Part shown: in pieces, positions 46,413 to 64,000 of the stretch | Position numbering within the stretch: position 1 is the first letter of the stretch | How the letters are laid out: every line of letters begins with the position of its first letter | Assembly: GCF_009914755.1 (NCBI RefSeq) | Contig: NC_060925.1 | DNA: 64,000 nt | Strand: one strand, 5' to 3' | DNA from: the human T2T-CHM13v2.0 reference genome, Homo sapiens | The notes under the pieces: model-generated | What the model was told of the DNA's origin: nothing | What the model saw: only the letters and a program-made list of their open reading frames with translations | Databases searched by the model: none | Made by a program: the position numbers and the translations under genes

Positions 46413-46978
46413 TTAGCCAGACGTGGTGTCACAAGCCTCTAGTCCCAGCTACTCAGGAGGCTGAGGTGAGAGGATCACCTGAGCCCAGGACGCGGAGGTT
46501 GCAGTGAGCCAAGATCATGCCACTGCACTCCAGTCTGGGTGACAGAGCAAGACCCCTCTCAAAAAAAAAAAAAATTACTCATTTAACATTCTACAGAAGA
46601 AGAAAAGTAGGCCCCAAGAGGAGGTGGGACTTACCTGAGATCACACAGCTCATCTGTCCCAAAGCATGACTAGAAGAAGCCAGGCCTCCTTTGGCTTCTT
46701 TAAGTTCAGTAATCACTAAGGTACCTCACAGGATTGTCTTCAGAACCAGAAGGTGGAAGAGAGAAGAGAAAGTGGTGTGAAAGTGAATGACGCCAAGCAG
46801 AGGGGAGGGCTTCCTCTCTGGGCTGTGGTGGCTCATGAGGTCCTGGGCTCCAGGCCTCATAAGGCAGTGATGTGAGCACGGCTAGGGGTGTCAGCCTCTT
46901 GAGTTTCCTTAGCTGCCCTGCTTCCCTCACAGGGCCCTGGGGTGAGGGGTGAGGTGAGAGAGGAGGCCTGTGAAAGTG

Positions 46979-50445
<3,467 letters not shown>

Positions 50446-52818
50446 GTCTTGAGAAACAAAGCCAGTCGGGCTGCACTTAAGGCTGGCTTTGTGTTCCCTC
50501 CAGGCTTTGTCTTCCCCCATCATGACAACTTGTGCTCTTTCTCCCAGGAGGCTGAGGATGCTGCTCTGAAACCAGCCAGGCAAGAACCTCAGTTAGCATC
50601 AGCAACAGCTGCTCCTCAATTTGCTTTCTGAATTATTTAGCCCTTCTTTGCTTCTATCCTAAATCCAGACCTTTTAAAATATTAATATTTTAAATATGCC
50701 TGGGCCTTGGCTTGGAAGTCTGTATTTCTCTCCTGTCTCTGCCCAAGGCTAGACGTCTTAGAGAAGAGTTATCTCTGCCCTGAATGATTTTCTCTTTGGC
50801 TCTGGCTCCTGGAAATTAAATCTGGCTGGGTTCTAACCAAAGAAAGGGAAACCATTTTCACAATGGAATCAAAAGAGTTTCTTTTCTACAAATGCAGCCT
50901 TTTACTTGCCCAAGCTCACAGGGCTTGTGTCACAGCTGGTGATCTGAGACCCAGACCCTCTCACCACCTCCCAGCCACCACCACGCCAGAGGGAGACAAA
51001 GCTCGCACTGCTGTGAGACGTTCTCTGCTTCCCATGACCGCTGCGTCATTTACTTATCTCTCAGTTCTCCTGCCACCCCGTGAAGTCCCTGAAACCTCTG
51101 GGGATGCAGGAGCCCAACACAGCCGACAGACCAGGAGAGGGGTCCTGAGCTCTGCTGTGGTGCAGTGGCTCTCTGCTGGCCTTCATGTCCTTACCTGCAA
51201 GTTGAGAGGGTGGCACCATCTCTCAGGGCTGCAGAAGTTGGAGTTTGTGAGTCTGAAACCCCATTTGGCCGTTAGAAAGCCAAGTCGCACAGGTTATAAT
51301 ACACCTCTGACTGGCCCCCAGGACTTGATTCCTCACCCAGGGTTCAATCCTACAACTGGGCTGCGCCTCACTCACCTCCCCAGACTTTATGCCAGGCATA
51401 GAGGGAAGTGGGACCTTTATTCTGAGAGCTAAGGGAGGGCTCCTTCCTGCTTCTCAGCCTTCTCAGGAGCCCTTCCCTGGGCACCTTCTTTGCCTGGTGA
51501 ACTCAGACTTTCCTTCCTTCAGTGCAGAGCCACCCCCTAACTCCTGCCCACCCAGCCTCTCAGAGCAGGGCAGGATGGCCTATCCAATATCCCCTCTCCC
51601 TCACCCTTGCATCCTCTCCTGGTCCTTTGGGGCATTCCCCAGATGTGTGAATTTACTATTAATTCTGTCTCCCCTGTTAGTCTGTTAGTTCCAGACAGGG
51701 CAGGAAACTATAACCTCTAGGAAGGGCTGTATCTGTGTTTCAACAATTCCTGATTTTCATATCCTGAAGCTTCAGAACCCCTGGAATAATTCCCAAGCAA
51801 ATCAGCAGCCTCTCCTTCCAGCCAGGAGGCATCACAGCTCCAACGTAGCACAACCCAGCTTGGGGGCTTGGGCTACTGGAAGGGAGGCCACAGGGTCAAG
51901 ATTAGGCTGGAGATGCCTCAGAAAGTATCTAGAAATGTCTGGTATGACCAGGCTGCAATCAGAAGAGGAGTGTCCAGGCCACTGGGTGACTGTCCTACTA
52001 TGTCCCAATGGCTCCATCATTCACGGAGCGCTGCAGAACTTCGAATGTGGGACAAACACATGCCCCTAGGACTGTTGAGGTTGCTCACCTCCTCAATCTA
52101 GACCTGATCTGTTCAGAAGGCAGGGACAGGGTCTGCACTACCCTGTCTTCCTCACAGCCTGGCACAGGCCTGGCACCCATAAGCCCTTGCTCTGTGGCTC
52201 TGCCTGGCAGAAGCTGACCCAGTGTCAGAAGAGCCTTCTAGCAGTTGGAGCTGCCTGGGCACCAAAAGGGCTGCTTGAGAGGATGAGTCCCTGTCACTGT
52301 CAGTGCTCAGGCTGAGACCACATTAGCTGGGTCAGGTGCTAAGCTGGGAGTGCTGTGCTGGGAGGGAATTGCCTTCTGTTAGTTGTTCATTTCTTAGCTT
52401 GAATCATTTCCCACAGCATTTCAATAGCTAGGTAAATCAAGTCTCCCTAGTGGAATCTTAGATGATAGGTGAGGAGGGTGGTTTTGGGGCAGCGGATCCA
52501 GGCTACTGTTTCTGAAATCACTGCTCATGAGCAGCTCCCTATTCTTCTAGCTGAGGTCATCTCAGCTGACCATGCCCTGAGGGGTCGTAGCCAGAGTCCT
52601 GGTGAAAGTTGTCTGCTCCTCCACCCCTTCTTCTCTGCCCTCTTCTGATCAAGAGCATAGGCTGGGGGTGGCACACAGTGGGGGTGAGTAGGGGAGTGGA
52701 ATCCTGGGTCAGAGGCTCTCACTTTTATTATAACAAGAAGTTCCAAGAGATACCAACTCATTCCCATTCGCACCATGCAGGGGCTCTAATTAAATTTTTC
52801 TTTTTTCTAATTTCCATG

Positions 52819-53251
52819 TGTCAGACAAAATTACAACAAATTTAGTTACAGATTGAATTGGCTTTTATTAGCAATTCATGAATCAGGGAACACCTCATTC
52901 TACAAAATAGAATGAATGTTCTGATGAGCTGAGCAGAGGAGATTGGCTTCATAGTATGAAAAGGGCTGAGGAAAGTAGAAACAAAGAACAAAAAGCAGAT
53001 TGGTTGTTCCTGACTTACTTTCCTTATGAAGGTTAAAGCAAAGGGAACTTCTTCATGATGCCAGCTGAAACTGACCTGTTTGGGGATCTGGCTATTACCT
53101 CTCCCGATTTCTTGCAAGGACAGATAGGTAATTTAGTGTTGACTTGGTGGTGTGGAACTTCAACATGAGTAATTCCATTTTGGTTTGGTCTGTTGGGCCT
53201 ACTGCAGGAGCTCAGGCCAAACCAATGGCCTCCTATAAATTTTATTTAACA
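52819..53251 (-). mobile_element. Solo MER65-like ERV1 LTR
   Basis: Minus strand TGTTAAATAAAATTTATAGGAGGCCATTGG...TCTGACA; TSD CATG/CGTG (one CpG transition). Confidence 0.7.
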
Positions 53252-53798
53252 CGTGAAGGTAGTTCACATTCCCTACCCACATTGTTTACCTGTGGGCAAA
53301 CAATGAATTAATGCTCTGTTGATTATTGGATCTGATGGAGATCAGAACTGTAATTTGCTTGGGAGCTTGGGTTTTCTTTTTTTCTGTTTTCTTCCACTTT
53401 CTAAAAGAAGCAGCTTCAGAGTGGGGAGGGAGACAAGAAGAAAGGAAGCCCATGTTTAGTGAACATCTGCTAAGTGCAGCAGGCTTCTTTGTCAGGGCTC
53501 TGGGGAAATCCTTACAACAATGTGAACAAGTCTTGTTACTCTCATCTTTACTGAGGGAGGCCAGTTGGAAGTAATGAGAGTGGAGCCCTGACATGCAGGG
53601 GGTGGGCAGCCTGGAGGAGGGATGTCTGGATGCCCAAGGGGAGCCGGGATCCTGCCAAGAGGCTGCAGGGCCGCTCTGGCCACAAGAGGGCACCCCACAT
53701 TGCCATATCTGGGCTGAGGGTGGTGGAATGAAGACCACAAAGAGGCCTTCTAGGGAGTGACCGTCCTGTGTACCCATACACTGGTCCCCCTCTCCAGG

Positions 53799-53814
53799 TT
53801 TCTTTCTTTCTTTC

Positions 53815-53886
<72 letters not shown>

Positions 53887-54300
53887 TTTCTTTCTCTTTC
53901 TTTCTCTCTCTCTTCTCTCTTCTCTCCTCTCTCTGTCCTCTCTTCTGTCTTCTCTCCTCTCTCTCTCTCTCTCTCTCTCCTCTCTCCTCTCCTCTCTCTC
54001 TCTCTCTCTCTTTCTTTGAGACAGTATTTCGCTCTTGTTGCCCAGGCTGGAGCGCAATGGCGCGATCTCGGCTCACTGAAACCTCCACCTCCCGGGTTCA
54101 AGTGATTCTCCTGCCTTAGCCTCTCGAGTAGCTGGGATTACAGGCATGCGCCACCACGCCTGGTTAATTTTCTGCTTTTAGTAGAGACGGGGTTTCTCCA
54201 TGTTGGTCAGGCTGGTCTCAAACTCCTGACCTCAGATGATCCACCGGCCTCGGCCTCCCAAAGTGCTGGGATTACAGACGTAAGCCACTGCACCCCAGCC
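53799..54300 (-). repeat. Antisense Alu whose tail has expanded into a ~215-bp (CTTT)n/(CT)n tract
   Basis: TSD TCTCCAGGTTTCT at 53791 and 54301 encloses both the microsatellite and the Alu. Confidence 0.92.
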
Positions 54301-55677
54301 TCTCCAGGTTTCTTGAAGAAGGTCGGCATGAGATTCCTCTGGCAACTAGAAACACAGCTGGCTTTCAGGCCCTGCAGAACGCATGTCTCTGTAACTCAGG
54401 GCTGTCTGTGTCAGAGGAGGGAGGATATTTGTTGTCGATTAGGGCGTGTGCAGTCTGTGCGTGCTGTGTTGGGAGTGACTGTATATAAGCGTGTGGGTGT
54501 AAGTGTGTGAGTTTCTCCAGGATTCTAGTGGAGTGTGGGAGGGGGTGGCGGGGAAGGGCCTGTTCCTGGTTCCAGAGAGCTGGAGCTGCTGCTAAAAGGA
54601 GGGAACCTGAAGCAAGATCCAGCTCAGTGCTCTTTCAGGTCTGGGGCTGAAACCTGTCTTGTTTCCCCATCAGAGGCAGTCCCAGGCCCGAAAGAGGAGA
54701 GATGGACCTTTGCCTTGCTGCTGGTGGTGGTGGGCAACTCCTCCTACCCTGGTCCAGCAGGACTGCACATTGGGGGCTTCTCAAAGGGCCTGCCAAGCTC
54801 CAAGGCTTCCAGTGATGCCTCTTTGCCTAGCAAAGGTTAGGACCCACAGCAGTGGCCAAGCCCTGGAGCCTGTTCAGTCTTGCCAGGAGGACCTGGTGTC
54901 ACCAAGATTTGCCTGGGGGCACAGCCGCAGTCTTGTGACCCAAGAAATACCACTGGTCTCAGTTTAGACCAGAACTTTTTTTCCCCTGAAAGCTTTGTGG
55001 GGGCAGTGGCAGGGAGCCCAGGCTTAGGGGTGGGAGGGGCAGTTGCCATGAGCCTAGAGGCTTCTCCCCACTCTCACCACGGTCATCAGACAGCTGCTTC
55101 ACATGAATAAGCTCTGCAGGCTGTACCCTGGCCTGGTGTCTCAGCCGGGGATTTGGAGGCATTAGGGTTGGTGGAAATTAAATCTAGAGTGGGAGCCTCA
55201 GGCCAGTAGGCTGACGCCCTGAACAGTGTCCCAGAGCAGAAGGAAGAGGAAGTCCTGAGGCTTCTCAGAGCCAAATTGGGAGGGGGAATAGCAAGCCCCA
55301 GGAGTCTCCAGATTATGAAACATGCGGGGGACAAGAGCAGGACTCTGCAGTGTGCAGGAGACCCCTAGCTGGGGACGGGGAAGACAAAAAAAGATCCACT
55401 GGAGCCACGGTCTCTCACAAGGTCTTGGTTGGTTTCTCTGTCCCTGTCCAGACTTCCCCTGCAGGACCTTCCCCCCAGCAGCCTGGCCTTAGCTCTGAAC
55501 TCGCTGTCCTTCCCAGGAGCTTCCATTCCTGGGCCCAGCCAAACAACCATGAGATAAACATGAGAGAAAAACATCCTTCTGGGACCTGATTGTTTCAGGG
55601 AGTAGTGGGGCCTGCAGGGAGCCGGAGATTCGGGGAACAAGGCTTAATGACCATGTAACCATTAAGAAGAAAGCATT

Positions 55678-59464
<3,787 letters not shown>

Positions 59465-60676
59465 TAAATCAAATTCTTTAAAATGACACACAATGCCCCC
59501 TGAGACCTCTGACCCCTGTCCCTGCTTTCCTCTCCAGCTGCATCTCTTACCCACCACCCTCACCATCTCTCTATGCACTGGTCAGACCAAACTGTCTACT
59601 CCTGGCCTGGCAAATGCCATGCTCCCTCCATCATTCAGGGCTTTGTGTATGTGTATGCCCCCTCAAGGTGGAATGAGCATTGGTACACATACCCCTTGTT
59701 TCCCTCTGCTTAATTTGGTCAATTTCTATTTGTCCTTCAAGCATCATACTATACTTCCCTTCTACCGGAAAGCCTCCATCCACTGACCTCTCCACCTTTG
59801 CCATCCAAGATTGGGCCTGGGTGCCCACCCACCCCAGGCTCCCACAGCTCCCTATGCTCTCCTGGCTTTTATGAAGAAGTTTTTTTTTTTTCATTCACCA
59901 ATTTACTTTATGCTCCCTCTTGAGTCTATATATTTCTACAGGATAGGAACCCATCTTGTTTGCCGTGATCTCTCCTAGGGCCTAGCACAGTGCAGCCATA
60001 TAGCAGGCATGTAGCAATAATGGCTATAATATCAACCATAGCCCACATTTATTCAGCAGGCACTATCATGTGGTGGGAAGCATTCAGGATGCTGTCAGTC
60101 ATAGTGTGCTTAGTACTCATGTGGCTGCATAGCACCCAGGATCCATTCCCACCGATCTCCTGTCCTTTGGAGGCAGATAGGTGAAAACCGCGTTTCCCAG
60201 CCTGACTTCTTTGAAAGCAATGGGTACATACGGGGATCCAACATTTAGGCCCTCACATGAGATTTGGAAGGTGGAAGAGGCAGAGTCCGCCTTCCTGCTG
60301 CTTTGGCTGGTTCTTTCTGGCAAGCAGGGCCATACAGATGCACGCTTTTTCCTGCAGCAGCATCCAGTGTCCAGTTACCACCTGCGGGGAATACGGGGAC
60401 AGTTGGTGGCAACAGCTGTGGAGGCCCCATCTGCTCCCTGGACCACAGCCATGCCAGTGTAACCCAGAACTCTGCAGTGCCAATGGAAATCTCCAGGTGC
60501 CATACCTTGCTTCCTGCTCAGGTAGAGGTGGCAGACCCTCTGGACTCAGCCTTACTTCCTCTCCTCTCCCCATCCAGACACTCCAAGCACCCTGTAATCA
60601 CCCAACCTTTGTCTCAAATCACTTTCTGCTCAAAGTACCTCCAGTGGTTCCTATGTCCTGCACTGAACTCTGCTGA

Positions 60677-61120
<444 letters not shown>

Positions 61121-61662
61121 GCACCCACCATACTTGCTGCCTCTGAGAATATGTGTTGCTGCGTGCCCGATGTGGGAGGAGGCACAGAGAGCCTTCTGGC
61201 AGGGGGCTGGGCTGACTCCCATGCAAGCAGGTCCTGAGGCAGGGTCCCAAGGTGTCTGCCCCTTCCTGAGCAGCACAAACTGCTCAGCTTCCTGGGGAAG
61301 GTTCCAGAAGCTAAGCTGCCCTAGATGGGATAAGGGGCAGGGAGGCTGCCTAGGAGAGCCAGGCTGTCTAGTCACAATGTCAAGCTTGTGGAAGAAATAT
61401 TCCTTTTGTGGTTCATATCCTTCTTGTTGCTCTAATCACTGGGAGACCATCTGGTACATCGTTGATGGCTGCAAACGTGCATTTAAGAGCTTGAGAGAAT
61501 ACAGCACAACAGGGAGGCCACCATAATGACTGTCAGGACAATATACCAAAAGTTTGGAGTGTTTCTTAGTCAAGGTCCCCATGAACCAAACCAATGAAAA
61601 TAAACAAAAGAAAACAAAAAGTTAATGGCTAGAACAAACTATTAACTCAGTCTCTGAATCTA

Positions 61663-61869
<207 letters not shown>

Positions 61870-62475
61870 CTATTTTTAAAAAGAAAGAGAGCTCAGAGGC
61901 TGAAAAAAGAGGGTGACAAATCCAGTTTCTTAGAAATAAACATTTAATAGGAATTCACAAACAGAAGTCATGACTTGGGCAGCCACAAGATGGTGGATCC
62001 CTGCGCTGTCAATATTACTCTCCAGACCCAGGGCTTATACACCATAGGGAAAGGGCATATGTGCTTCAGGAGGAATGTGTGGGACAATTGAAGTTGATTC
62101 CTTAGGGAAAGGCAAGCACACTATGTGCATCATAGCCTATAAATTGCCTGAGGGCAGGATTTATGTTAAGTGCATGCTAACATTACACAAAGTAGAAATC
62201 TCAATGACATTCCCATAACTGGGGTTAATCAGAAGTCAAAGTGGCAAATTAGCATCCAAGATGGAGCTGCTTTAACCTCCACATGTTCTCAAAGCATTTT
62301 CATTTGGAAAGGGGTCAGGCACTGGCAGTCTGACAGATTTTCCTGGTTCGCAGTTTGCACCAGGTGTTCCAGTGAACTTTCTGAGTAGTTCATATAGCAA
62401 CAGGCATGAAGGTTGTTCATATAGAAGCTGTTATGATAATTTCTCTGAAGCCTGTATCAAGTCTTCCAGCTTTGA

Positions 62476-62626
<151 letters not shown>

Positions 62627-63139
62627 TAGCTGGGATTACAGGTGTGCGCCATCACACCCGGCTAATTTTTGTGTTTTTAGGACAGACGGGGTTTCGCCTC
62701 AGGTGATCCACCCACCTTGGCCTCCCAAAGTGCTAGGATTACAGGCATGAGCCACTGCGCCCGGCTGACTAGAAACCTTTTTAAGCCAGGCCAGTTTTGT
62801 TCCAACGGGTGCTTTATTGGCTCCGTAATGCCAGCCTTAGTTCCTTAAAGCTGCCTAGTTGTATCTCAAAATAAAACATTCCAGTTAAAGCCTTGGTTAA
62901 TTTAACCAGTGTTTCCATTATGTTTGCTACAGGAAAACAGGTTCTTACTGAACTTATGCAAACAATTATATTGCCATAAACATAAGGATACTCACTAATA
63001 GTTTCATAATTCTGGAGGGATCAGGTAGGGAAAAAAAGTAAATGTTATAATTTTTGTTCACAAAAGTATACTTTACCAAATTTCTATAAGCTACAGATAG
63101 CTTAAGAAAAAAGAAAAAAAAATCTTAAAGAAAACAAAT

Positions 63140-63860
<721 letters not shown>

Positions 63861-64000
63861 TGGAAAACAAATATTAAAGAACCAGAAATGTTTTAAACAA
63901 AAAGGCACAAACATTATCCTTGTCAGTTTATTCAGTCTATGTAATTAATTCTTGTCCTGCCTAGTATTGGGTTAGCAGTTTCATGAACCCATCAATTTCC

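Noticed and set aside
46630-46638. Perfect minus-strand donor CAG|GTAAGT
   Set aside because: Lies in a MIR remnant with no matching acceptor nearby.
53286-54119. 271-aa and overlapping KERK/SFFL-rich ORFs
   Set aside because: Stop-free reading of the (CTTT)n/(CT)n microsatellite plus Alu.
54481-54555. TATATAAG followed by a G-rich box
   Set aside because: Isolated motif with no CpG island or downstream exon support; expected by chance.

Overview
Primate (very probably human) genomic DNA, extremely rich in Alu and ERV-LTR sequence. I see no multi-exon protein-coding gene that I can recognise. Main contents: (1) the 3' ~5.3 kb of a mosaic Harlequin-type provirus (HERV-I-like pol/env joined to HERV-E-like pol/env, PPT, LTR2) at 1-5280; (2) a CpG-island promoter at ~22040-23140 with a GC box, an embedded CpG-rich MIR, a strong + strand splice donor and candidate non-coding exons on both strands; (3) a stack of five LTRs (LTR9, MER41A, LTR12C, a deleted MER41, MER21) nested in one L1 3' end just downstream of the island; (4) a solo LTR2B, a Ricksha DNA-transposon remnant, many older LTR/L1/L2/MIR fragments and dozens of Alus, with several same-site serial insertions and inverted pairs; (5) a full-length RPL39 retrocopy with an intact 51-codon ORF, apparently inserted in an Alu tail. 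Repeat family names come from recalled consensus sequences, and boundaries without a TSD are approximate. I found no convincing wholly new biological system; the best leads are regulatory/non-coding (LTR-driven and CpG-island transcripts) and retrotransposition oddities.
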